Source: an uncultured Acidobacteriaceae bacterium
GTDB lineage: Bacteria; Acidobacteriota; Terriglobia; Terriglobales; Acidobacteriaceae
Length of the DNA stretch: 64,000 bases
NCBI GenBank assembly: GCA_963783925.1
Contig: CAWAPM010000003.1
Span: forward strand, 62,974 to 126,973
Direction of reading: 5' to 3'
The first letter of the stretch is position 1. Each line of letters begins with the position of its first letter. The translations under genes were made by a program, and so were the position numbers. Positions 46,209-55,229 of this stretch are shown here, one piece after another. The notes under the pieces were generated by a model. The model saw only the letters and a program-made list of their open reading frames with translations. It was not told the origin of the DNA and made no database searches.

Positions 46209-47228
46209 ATGTCTTCACTTTGTGTTTCTTTGGTTGCCTTTCGTCGCGCCAGGCTCTGCGCTCTCCTTGCGCCCGCCGCGCTCGTGGCGCTCTGCGGCTG
46301 CACCAGCATCAAGGTGCACCTCGGCATGCGCGCCCACATCGACAAAATCCCCGTCACCACCATCGACGCAACTCTCCCCAACGGCTCCGCCATCGCCCCC
46401 GGAGAAAAGGCCCCGCTCGTCGTCACCTTCACCACCGCCGACGGCAAAACCTGGGTCACCGAAGGCAAAGGCAAAGGCAAAATCCTCTGGAGCGATCTCA
46501 CCGTAACGCCCACTCTCGTCACCTTCAAGAAAGGCGTGCTCGCCCTGCGCCACGATCCCCGCGTCAGCCAGGGCCTCGTCGGCCACGTCGACATCGCCGT
46601 GCCCAGTCATCCCGGCCTGCACGCGTCGCTCGACATTCCGTTGACCTACGCCTATCCCTTCAAAGCGAGCTACGCAGGCGCCAGCGGCAGCGACGGCGCC
46701 AACGGCCAGGATGGCGCCAGCGGTATCGACGGCTCACCCGGCTCGACAGACCCCAACAATCCCTCCGCCGGCGGCAACGGCAGCGATGGCTCCGACGGCT
46801 CCAACGGCCAGGACGGCGACAACGGCGGTCCCGGCCCCGACGTGCAGGTCTACGTCACCGTGCTGCCCGGCGCTCATCCACTTCTGCAGGCAGGCGTCGT
46901 TGCCGCCGGCCACCATGAGCGCTTCTACCTCGTCGATCCCGCGGGCGGTTCGCTCACCATTTCATCCAACGGCGGCGCAGGCGGCTCCGGCGGCAAGGGT
47001 GGCAGCGGAGGCCGCGGCGGTTCCGGCGGCATCGGCACGCCCAACGGCAACAGCGGCCGTGACGGCTCCGACGGCCGCAGCGGTCTGGACGGCAGCGCGG
47101 GCAGCGGCGGCCGCATCACCATCACCTACGACCCGCAAGTCCAGCCCTACCTGTCCGCCATCAAAGCATCAAACCCCGGCGGCCCAAAGCCCGTCTGGCA
47201 ACAGCAACCAGTAGCCCCACTCTGGTAA
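46209..47228 (+). CDS. Putative lipoprotein with collagen-like Gly-X-Y segments
   Basis: Lipobox LCGC; GSDGANGQDGASG and GGAGGSGGKGGSGGRGG repeats. Confidence 0.75.
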   Translation: MSSLCVSLVAFRRARLCALLAPAALVALCGCTSIKVHLGMRAHIDKIPVTTIDATLPNGSAIAPGEKAPLVVTFTTADGKTWVTEGKGKGKILWSDLTVTPTLVTFKKGVLALRHDPRVSQGLVGHVDIAVPSHPGLHASLDIPLTYAYPFKASYAGASGSDGANGQDGASGIDGSPGSTDPNNPSAGGNGSDGSDGSNGQDGDNGGPGPDVQVYVTVLPGAHPLLQAGVVAAGHHERFYLVDPAGGSLTISSNGGAGGSGGKGGSGGRGGSGGIGTPNGNSGRDGSDGRSGLDGSAGSGGRITITYDPQVQPYLSAIKASNPGGPKPVWQQQPVAPLW

Positions 47229-47236
47229 GAGCGGCC

Positions 47237-47295
47237 CCGATCCCCCGATCCCGACCCCCGACCCCCGACCCCTGATCACTGATCACTGATCACTG
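47237..47295 (+). repeat. Heptamer tandem repeat (CCGATCC/CCGACCC/CTGATCA)
   Basis: About 8 units overlapping the ribD stop. Confidence 0.8.
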
Positions 47296-48422
47296 GCCGG
47301 GGGCCACGGATCCCTCAGCAGCGAGCAAAGCCCCAGGTCGTTCCCATACCGCTCCACCTCAACCTCGGCCATCCTGATCGCCTGCGTCATCCCGCGAAAC
47401 GCCGGCACCGCATCCGACCCCATGATCTGCGGCGCAACAAACAGGTGCACCCGGTCCACCAGTCCCGCCGCCAGCAGCGCCGTATTCAGCCGCGTGCCGG
47501 TCTCGGTCAGCACCGTCAAAATCCCCTCCGCGCCCAGCATGTCCAGGAGTCGACCGAGCGGCACGCGGCCCGCCTCGGCGGCCATCACTTCCACCCGCAC
47601 CCCGCGTCCGCGCAGCTCCGCAATCCGCGCCTCGTCCTTCGAAACCGTAAAGACAGCCACATCACAATCCGCGCTTCTAATAACCTTTGAATCCAGCGGC
47701 ATACGCAGTGCAGAATCAAGTACTACTCGAAGCAATTTCCTCCGCCTCCGCAGCCCGCTCCGGTCCGTCAGCATGGGGTCATCAGACAGAACCGTATCCA
47801 CGCCCGTCAGCACCGCATCGGCCTGCCAGCGCAGCGGCTGCACCGCCGCCCGCGCCGCCTCGCTCGTAATCCAATACGGCTCCCGCGCCGCATGCGCCCC
47901 GACCGGCGGAGCGATCCGCCCATCCAGCGTCATCGCCACCTTCATCAGCACCAGCGGCCGCCCGCTCTGGCTCCAGCGCGCAAACCCCTCGTTCAGCCGC
48001 CGCGCCTCCGCCTCACACACGCCCACGCTGGTCTCAATCCCCGCCGCGCGCAAGCGCTCAAGTCCATGCCCCGCCACATGCGGATTGGGATCGACCGTAG
48101 CCGCCACCACCCGCCCCAGCCCCGCCGCCATCAGCGCCTCGGTGCAGGGAGGAGTCCGCCCCGTGTGATTGCAAGGCTCCAGCGTCACATACGCCGTGCC
48201 GCCCTTCAGCCTGTCGTCGGCATGCTGCCGCGCTTCGTTCAGCGCCACCACTTCCGCATGGTCTTTCAGGTCGTACTCGTGCCAGCCCTCGCCCACCACC
48301 TGGCCCGCGCGATCCAGAATCACGCAGCCCACCGCCGGGTTCGGCGACGTCACACCAATCCCGCGCCGCGCCAGCTCCAGCGCCCGCCGCATCCACACAA
48401 TGTCCTGTTCCGGGGTCATCAT
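47283..48422 (-). CDS. ribD: Bifunctional riboflavin deaminase/reductase
   Basis: [45 protein letters not shown]. Confidence 0.96.
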   Translation of the reverse strand: MMTPEQDIVWMRRALELARRGIGVTSPNPAVGCVILDRAGQVVGEGWHEYDLKDHAEVVALNEARQHADDRLKGGTAYVTLEPCNHTGRTPPCTEALMAAGLGRVVAATVDPNPHVAGHGLERLRAAGIETSVGVCEAEARRLNEGFARWSQSGRPLVLMKVAMTLDGRIAPPVGAHAAREPYWITSEAARAAVQPLRWQADAVLTGVDTVLSDDPMLTDRSGLRRRRKLLRVVLDSALRMPLDSKVIRSADCDVAVFTVSKDEARIAELRGRGVRVEVMAAEAGRVPLGRLLDMLGAEGILTVLTETGTRLNTALLAAGLVDRVHLFVAPQIMGSDAVPAFRGMTQAIRMAEVEVERYGNDLGLCSLLRDPWPPASDQ

Positions 48423-48491
48423 CTGTCTCTATCCATGGCGAGTGTACCCGCTCCCACCGCACCCTTGCGTAAGGGTTCCGTAAGCGGATCG

Positions 48492-48517
48492 TTACCCGGC
48501 AGCACATCCACCAACGC
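48492..48517 (-). repeat. Decayed copy of the ftsY 3' end
   Basis: Minus strand GCGTTGGTGGATGTGCTGCCGGG-TAA versus ftsY GCGTTTGTGGATGCGCTGCTGGGGTGA. Confidence 0.6.
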
Positions 48518-48663
48518 CCGCTCGTCAGCTCCGGCCCTCGCCGCATCCGCTTAGTGTGGTGATCGAGCGAATTCTTCATAAGCCGGGAGCCGCCTGGAAC
48601 ATACGTGGTCGCGGAGCGCGAACCGTCGTATTACTCTCTACTTGCAAACGGAGATCCGCCGCG

Positions 48664-49124
48664 ATGAAAAACCTGTTCGATCCAATCCTGGTCGAGGACA
48701 CCAACCGGCGCATTCTGCGGCTCGCCCTTGAAAGCGAGCGCCAGTGGGGCAGCATGACCGTTGCTCAAACCCTCGCCCACTGCACCTCGAGTGTCGAAAT
48801 GGCGATGGGCGTCATCAACCCCAAACGCGCGCCGTTTCCCGCGACCATCATCGGCCCGCTGATCAAGGTGCTGGTCCTCCGTGACGACAAGCCCATACAC
48901 CGCAACTCGCCCTCGGTGCCGGAGCTTTTCACGATCGATCCGGCACAGTGCGAACTGGAGCGCGAACGCTCCCGGCTCATCGCCGCAATCGACAGCTTTG
49001 CCAGCCGAGGCGCGCGTGTTGCTCCCGTCACCCGCACCCATTCTTCGGCCCGCTAACCCCGCAGCAGTGGGCCATTCTCATGTACAAACACGTCGACCAT
49101 CACCTGCGGCAATTTGATGTCTAA
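48664..49124 (+). CDS. DUF1569 (DinB-like) protein (indel near 49015)
   Basis: MKNLFD, RQWGSMTVAQTLAHC, HPFFGPLTPQQWAILMYKHVDHHLRQF. Confidence 0.85.
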
Positions 49125-49166
49125 TGCTGGACAAGCCAGCCTGAGTCGAGCCGAGCCGTGCCGTAG

Positions 49167-49370
49167 CTACCCCAGCAGCGCATCCACAAACGCGCCCGGC
49201 TCAAACTCCAGCAGGTCGCCCATCTGCTCGCCCTCGCCCACCACCTGGCCCGCGCGATCCAGAATCACGCAGCCCACCGCCGGGTTCGGCGACGTCACAC
49301 CAATCCCGCGCCGCGCCAGCTCCAGCGCCCGCCGCATCCACACAATGTCTTGTTCACGCTGATCGCTCAT
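49167..49370 (-). other. Chimeric 67-codon ORF: ribD 5' copy fused in frame to ftsY 3' copy
   Basis: 49230-49349 is identical to ribD 48285-48404 (120 bp); 49169-49233 is identical to ftsY 50156-50220 (65 bp). Confidence 0.92.
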
Positions 49371-49493
49371 ACGCCAGAAGCCTGCAATCCCTTAGTCTAA
49401 ATGCGAGCTCGCCGTATGCTGTAGGCGGTGCTAAGGGCGTTTCTCGGTAGTAATCTGGCTGGGTAAGTTCACCACTCTGCTTCCCGAGGTGCT

Positions 49494-50108
49494 ATGAAGA
49501 GCTACGTGCAAAAAGGTTTGTTGATTTACGCCAGCGTCGTGAGTACGGCTGTACTTGCAGGTTTGTTGATGGGGGCACACTCTCAACCTCGGCAATTCGA
49601 CGAGATTACCGTACATAGAGTGAACGTGACGGAGCCCGACGGAACTCTTCGCATGGTGATTTCTAACAAAGACCGCCTCCCCCCAGTGATTATCAAAGGC
49701 GTGGAGCGCCCTGAGATGGGCGAACCTCGACCGCAGGCGGGAATGATCTTCTACAACGACGAAGGTACAGAAAACGGCGGCCTGATTTTTAGTGGGAGAA
49801 AGAACGAAAAGGGGCAGATTGTCGATTCCGGAACCAGTCTTTCGTTTGACAGGTACGGTGCCGGTCAGACGATCCAGCTAGCTGGGGTCGATGATAGTGA
49901 GAATCACTTTGCTGGCCTACAGGTCAACGATGTTGGAGGGTCGAGAGTATGGGCGGGCCGCGATAGCCAGGGACTTGCGAGCGTCTCGCTAGCCGGAAAA
50001 GACGGCAAAGAGCGCATTCGCTTGCAGGTATCCGCAGAAGGCAATGCGAGCATCGTCTTCTTAGATGCCAAAGGTAAAGTCCTCCAACAAATAATGCCGC
50101 CAAAGTAA
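49494..50108 (+). CDS. Exported/membrane-anchored hypothetical protein with atypical codon usage
   Basis: GAGG RBS, N-terminal hydrophobic segment, FDEITVHRVNVTEPDGTLRMVISN; lower GC than flanks. Confidence 0.8.
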   Translation: MKSYVQKGLLIYASVVSTAVLAGLLMGAHSQPRQFDEITVHRVNVTEPDGTLRMVISNKDRLPPVIIKGVERPEMGEPRPQAGMIFYNDEGTENGGLIFSGRKNEKGQIVDSGTSLSFDRYGAGQTIQLAGVDDSENHFAGLQVNDVGGSRVWAGRDSQGLASVSLAGKDGKERIRLQVSAEGNASIVFLDAKGKVLQQIMPPK

Positions 50109-50153
50109 TTCCTGAGTACTCATAAGTCGGCTTATCTCAATTAGCCGCAGCCC

Positions 50154-51177
50154 TCACCCCAGCAGCGCATCCACAAACGCGCCCGGCTCAAACTCCAGCA
50201 GGTCGCCCATCTGCTCGCCCACGCCCACAAACCGCACCGGCAGCCCCATCTCCCGCGCAATCGCCACCGCAATGCCGCCCTTCGCCGTCCCATCCAGCTT
50301 GGTCAGCACAATCCCCGTCACGCCCGCCGCCTGCGTAAACTGCCGCGCCTGCTGCAAGCCCGTTCTGCCCCGTCGTCGCGTCCAGCACCAGCAGCACCTC
50401 ATGCGGAGCGCCCGCCACCAGCTTCGCCGCCGTACGCCGCATCTTGTCCAACTCGTCCATCAGCCCCGTCTTGGTGTGCAGCCGCCCCGCCGTATCCACA
50501 ATCACCTCATCGATGCCCCGCGCCTTGGCCGCGCTCATCGCGTCGTAGAGCACCGCCGCCGGGTCGCCGCCCTGCCGCGTCTTGATCATCTCCACGCCCG
50601 ACCGCCCCGCCCACACCTCAAGCTGCTCAATCGCCGCCGCCCGAAACGTATCCGCCGCGCACAGCAGCACCGTCCGATTACGCTCGCGATACCACGCCGC
50701 CAGCTTCCCGCTGGTCGTCGTCTTACCCGTCCCGTTCACGCCCACCAGAAAAGTCACCCTCGGTGGAGTCGCCGGATCTGCTCCCAGCCCAGCCCCCAGA
50801 CCAGCGCCCAGACCAGCCATAGCCCGATTCGGCGCATTCAGAATCGTTTCCAGTTGTTCCTTCAACAATTGCTTTAACTCTGCGCCACCCGCAATCGCCT
50901 GCTTCTTCGCCCGTTCCCGCAGCGCCTCCAGAATCTCCGTCGTCGTCTGCACGCCAATATCGCTGGTCAGCAGAGCCGCTTCCAGATCCTCCAGCGCCGC
51001 CTCGTCCACCTCTCGCGTCAGCGCCACAATGTCGTTGATCCGCGACGAAAACGTCTCCCGCGTCCGCGTCACAGCCTGCCGCATCCGGCTGAAAAAGCCC
51101 TGCTTCTCCTCCGGCTCTGCCGCGCCCTGCGGCGTCTCTTCCGGCTCGTCGTCTCTCTTGCCAAAAAGCGAAATCAT
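50154..51177 (-). CDS. ftsY: Signal recognition particle receptor (indel near 50360)
   Basis: [42 protein letters not shown]. Confidence 0.96.
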
Positions 51178-51392
51178 GCTGTCGATATCCCAGCTTCGAG
51201 TCTAAAGCAGAGAGCTATCGCACCGTTCTCCACGAATCCCGGCCCCATCCATCGCGTCGCGCGCTGGATGGGAATACCCCGACCAGCCCAAACCATCCCG
51301 CTCCGCCTCACAAAAAATAACTTGCAATTCGCAAGCGAGTTCAGGAAGAATCGCTCACGAGCTGTCACCCATCCCCGGAGGCATCCCCAATC

Positions 51393-52566
51393 ATGAGCAA
51401 GGTCCGAGTCCTGGTCGGCACGCGCAAAGGCGCGTTCATCCTCACCGCAGACGGCAAGCGCGACAACTGGCAGGTCTCCGGCCCTCACTTCGCCGGCTGG
51501 GAGATCTACCACATGAAAGGTTCGCCCGTAGACCCCGACCGCATCTACGCCTCGCAGACCTCCGGCTGGTTCGGCCAGATCCTGCAGGCCTCCACCGACG
51601 GCGGAGCCACCTGGCATCAGCCCGGCCTCAAGCCCGGCGAGACGGAGATGCCGCAATTTCCCGCCAAGGCTCCCAACCGCTTCGTCTACGACCAGTCCGG
51701 CGCGCCCCTCACCACCCACCAGTGGTACGACGGCACGCCAGCATCCCTGGGAGTTCAAGCGCGTCTGGCACCTCGAGCCCTCGCTTACCGACGCAGCCAC
51801 CGTCTACGCCGGCGTCGAAGACGCGGCCCTCTTCCGCTCCACCGACGGCGGCGAAAGCTGGCAGGAGCTGCCCGGCCTGCGCGGCCACGGCACCGGCCCC
51901 GACTGGCAGCCCGGCGCCGGCGGCATGTGCCTCCACACCATCATCCTCGACCCCACCAACCCCGACCGCATCTACATCGCCATCTCCGCCGCCGGAGCCT
52001 TCCGCACAGACGACGGCGGCAAATCCTGGAAGCCCATCAACAAGGGCCTCGTCTCCCAGTTCATGCCCGACCCCAACGCCGAGGTCGGCCACTGCGTCCA
52101 CCACATCGCCCTGCACCCGTCGCGCCCCAACGTGCTCTTCATGCAGAAGCACTGGCACGTCATGCGGTCAGACGATGCCGGCGACCACTGGACCAAAGTC
52201 AGCGGCAACCTCCCCACCGACTTCGGCTTCGTCATCGACGTCCACGCCCACGAGCCCGAAACCCTCTACGTCGTCCCCATCAAGTCCGACTCCGAACACT
52301 TCCCCCTCGAAGGCAAGCTCCAGGTCTTCCGCAGTCGCAGCGGCGGCAACGAGTGGGAGCCCCTCACCCGCGGCCTGCCCCAGGAAAACTGCTACGTCAA
52401 TGTCCTTCGCGACGCCATGGCCGTCGATCGCCTCGACGATTGCGGCATCTACTTCGGCACCACCGGCGGCCAGGTCTACGTCTCGCCCAACGGCGGAGAC
52501 ACCTGGCAGCCCATCGTCCACGACCTCCCCGCCGTCCTCTCCGTAGAGGTCCAAACCCTGCCATAG
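51393..52566 (+). CDS. BNR/Asp-box beta-propeller (sialidase-like) protein (indel near 51740)
   Basis: [10 protein letters not shown]; repeated STDGG/TDDGG/SDDAG/SPNGG Asp-boxes; [12 protein letters not shown]. Confidence 0.88.
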
Positions 52567-52567
52567 T

Positions 52568-52865
52568 TGAAGGACCGCGGTCGCTCTTAGGCAGCATCAA
52601 TCACCAAGAACACGGGTGCCCCAGGTCTGGATTTTCAGACCTGGGAAAGCAAGAACCCAAAAATCGGAGGGAGCAGGGGCCTTCAGGCCCCTGAAACTAA
52701 GCCCTCCTTAAGATGAATTGTCATCCTGAGCGGAGCAGCTAGGGGCCCGATCGCTCAAGCGATGGGGTAAGCGGAGCGAAGGACCTGCTTTTGCTCTTTG
52801 CGCTGCCTCAATCACCAAGAACACGGGTGCCCCAGCTCTCGCTTTTGAGACCTGGGAAAGCACGA
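52568..52865 (+). repeat. Mosaic REP cluster (BIME-like) between the BNR and MoaD genes
   Basis: Two TCAATCACCAAGAACACGGGTGCCCCAG...GACCTGGGAAAGCA units, one GGAGGGAGCAGGGGCCTTCAGGCCCCTGA, one TGTCATCCTGAGCGGAGC...GCGAAGGACCTGC. Confidence 0.8.
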
Positions 52866-52875
52866 ACACCACACC

Positions 52876-53178
52876 ATGCCAACCATCCAGATCCAGATCC
52901 CCTACCACCTCCGCACCCTCGCCCACGTCGACAGCGACATCGCCCTCGACGTCCCCGCCCCCGTCACCCTCCGCGCCGCACTCGACGCCCTCGAAGCCCG
53001 CTACCCCACACTCCGCGGCACCATCCGCGACCACGACACCCTCGCCCGCCGTCCCTTCCTCCGTTTCTTCGCCTGCCAGGAAGACATCTCGCTCCAGCTC
53101 CCGGACGCGCCCCTCCCCGCCGCCATCGCAGAAGGCAAAGAGCCGCTCCTCATCATCGGCGCCATCGCCGGCGGATAA
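52876..53178 (+). CDS. MoaD/ThiS ubiquitin-like protein
   Basis: [10 protein letters not shown] and C-terminal GAIAGG. Confidence 0.9.
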   Translation: MPTIQIQIPYHLRTLAHVDSDIALDVPAPVTLRAALDALEARYPTLRGTIRDHDTLARRPFLRFFACQEDISLQLPDAPLPAAIAEGKEPLLIIGAIAGG

Positions 53179-53312
53179 GCCGCAGCCACCACCCCATCCG
53201 CCCTGTCCTCCCCATTCACCGCCCTGCATCATCTCTCTTGCGGCCGCCCAGTCCTGTCCGATACGGCTATGCATAGGTCCAATCAACTCGCACCCCGCCG
53301 GAGGACAGCGCA

Positions 53313-54122
53313 ATGCGGATGCCAACCCCGGGGCAGGCCATCTTTGCGGCAACCGTCGCCGTCCTCGGAGTGACCTCCCTGATCCACGGCGCAGTCTCCC
53401 CGCTATGGGACCCCATCCCCGACTGGGTGCCCGCGCCACAGGTGGCGGTCTATCTCTCCGCCGTCGTCTCCCTCGCATCGGGCGTCGGCCTGCTCGTGCC
53501 GCGCACCGCCGCTCCCGCCGCCCGCCTGTTGCTCGCCTGTCTTCTCTTCTGGATGCTCGTTTTTCATCTGCCCGAGCTCTGGCGCGAGCCCCTCTTCGAC
53601 GCCATGTGGCCCATCGCGGTCACCGCCGTCTTCATTGCCGGCGCCTGGGTGCTTCTGGTCGAGTTCGCCACGCGCTGGGACCACAAGTACCTCGGCTTCG
53701 CCGCCGGAGCCGGCGGCCTCCGCATCGCCAGAGCGCTCTACGGCCTCGCCGTCATCTTCTTCGGCGCAGCCCACTTCATCGATCCCGCCGATACCCTCAT
53801 CCTGATTCCGCGTTGGCTGCCTTGGCATCCCTTCTGGGCGTATTTCTTCGGCTGCACCTTCATCGCCGCGGGCCTGGGTCTTCTCATCGGCGTCTATCCA
53901 CGGCTGGCGGCCGCGCTCGCCACCGTGCAAATCGCCCTCTTCTTCGCGCTCGTGTGGATACCCATCGTGGCCGCAGGCTCCACCAGCGCCTTCCAGTGGA
54001 GCGAGACGATCCTCACCTGGGCGCTCATGGCCGCCGCCTGGGTCGTAGCGGATTCCTACCGCGCCACACTCTGGCTCGCCATGAGCAGCCCAAGGCAAGC
54101 GCAGCGAGCAGCCTCCCTCTAG
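53313..54122 (+). CDS. DoxX-like duplicated membrane protein
   Basis: Two similar halves (PDWVPAP and IPRWLPWHPFWAY), FFGAAHF; GGAGG RBS. Confidence 0.8.
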   Translation: MRMPTPGQAIFAATVAVLGVTSLIHGAVSPLWDPIPDWVPAPQVAVYLSAVVSLASGVGLLVPRTAAPAARLLLACLLFWMLVFHLPELWREPLFDAMWPIAVTAVFIAGAWVLLVEFATRWDHKYLGFAAGAGGLRIARALYGLAVIFFGAAHFIDPADTLILIPRWLPWHPFWAYFFGCTFIAAGLGLLIGVYPRLAAALATVQIALFFALVWIPIVAAGSTSAFQWSETILTWALMAAAWVVADSYRATLWLAMSSPRQAQRAASL

Positions 54123-54160
54123 CGCAGCACCAAACGGCGCAAGCATGCGCGCCCACGGTC

Positions 54161-54188
54161 CTGACCCCTGAAATCTGATCCCTGATCC
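54161..54188 (+). repeat. Heptamer tandem repeat x4
   Basis: ctgaccc ctgaaat ctgatcc ctgatcc abutting the stop at 54189. Confidence 0.7.
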
Positions 54189-54467
54189 CTAGTCCTTAAA
54201 CAGCCCCGCCAGCACAGTCCCCGCGTCCCCGTCCTCAATCACGGCCACGTTGGTCAGCTCCAGCACGTCCGCCCACTTCGCCGCGCCCTTGTACAGCGCC
54301 ACCGGATCGTTCGTCTCATACAGCGCAAATCCGCCGCTGCAGTCCACATTGTGCCAGCGCCCCAGCAGCGTCACGCCCGCCTCGGGCACAGCCACGCCAG
54401 CCAAAAAACGCTCCGCCGCCTCGGGCAAATTCCCCGTAGGAAAAGTCCACGTCGTCATGAATTTCAT
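54189..54467 (-). CDS. DUF3303 family protein
   Basis: MKFMTTW, GVTLLGRWH, GGFALYETND, KWADVL, VIEDGDA. Confidence 0.82.
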   Translation of the reverse strand: MKFMTTWTFPTGNLPEAAERFLAGVAVPEAGVTLLGRWHNVDCSGGFALYETNDPVALYKGAAKWADVLELTNVAVIEDGDAGTVLAGLFKD

Positions 54468-54650
54468 CGCAGTCGTTCTACCTTTCAGTTGTGTCGGATT
54501 TGGTCTTCGGGGGGAAAAACTCAGCAACAGTTCGAAGGCGCCAAGTATAGCCCGCGCCGCGCTCCGCCGTGTGCGAATTCACGGAGAAAGGCGCGGCAGA
54601 CTTCCACGGTCGAAGAACCTGCATTACGCGCAGCGTCAATTAGCAAGAAG

Positions 54651-54793
54651 CCGGGTGCCCCATTCTTGAATCGTTCTTCGATTCAAGGGTGGGAGACCAC
54701 CAACCCCAACAAGCCAGAGGGAGCAGGGGCCTTCAGGCCCCTGACAAAGAGCCCATCAAAGCACCCATCCATCGCAAAGGGCTTCAGCCCCTG
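54651..54793 (+). repeat. Mosaic REP cluster, left copy of the direct repeat
   Basis: 54651-54756 matches 55331-55436 with 5 mismatches in 106 bp. Confidence 0.88.
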
Positions 54794-54811
54794 AACAAGA
54801 TCCGCCGCGCC

Positions 54812-55120
54812 TCACTTCGCCGCCCGCTTGCGCTCAGGCCCGATGCGCTCCGGCCCAATGCGCTCCAGCAGCGTAACCATCACCGTCTGCCCAGGCGCTT
54901 TGCCAATGGCCCGCAGAGCATCCCCCGCGATCGGCAGTTTATGGTTCCCGTCCCCCAGCGCCATAAACGAGGTCTGGATCGGGTGCCCATCCACAGTCGC
55001 CTTCACCTTCACCAGCCCGCGCGTGCCGAAAAACGCAGCGGACTCCGGCCAGATCACATACGTCCAGCCCCCCGGTTTCGCACTCTTGAGGACCTCCGCC
55101 GTAAAGGACTTGTTGAGCAT
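54812..55120 (-). CDS. DUF1905 family protein
   Basis: [36 protein letters not shown]; GGAGG RBS. Confidence 0.85.
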   Translation of the reverse strand: MLNKSFTAEVLKSAKPGGWTYVIWPESAAFFGTRGLVKVKATVDGHPIQTSFMALGDGNHKLPIAGDALRAIGKAPGQTVMVTLLERIGPERIGPERKRAAK

Positions 55121-55229
55121 CGGCCGCCTCCCTCCGCAATGCCGGCGTCGCACCAACCGCGCCGCTCCCGGAATCGCCTCATTCCTATGACGCACAGTCT
55201 ATCGCTCAACAGACATTCAAAAATGATTT

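Noticed and set aside
48423-48560. FMN riboswitch upstream of ribD or ribE
   Set aside because: No RFN consensus seen, and the leaders are short with -10 boxes near the start.
48285-49349. ribD duplication as a DGR template/variable repeat pair
   Set aside because: The copies are identical with no adenine-specific mismatches, lie at the 5' end of the gene, and no reverse transcriptase is present.
49494-50220. Prophage or integrative element using the ftsY 3' end as attB
   Set aside because: No integrase or phage genes, and the extra ribD 5' copy is not explained by a simple attL/attR duplication.
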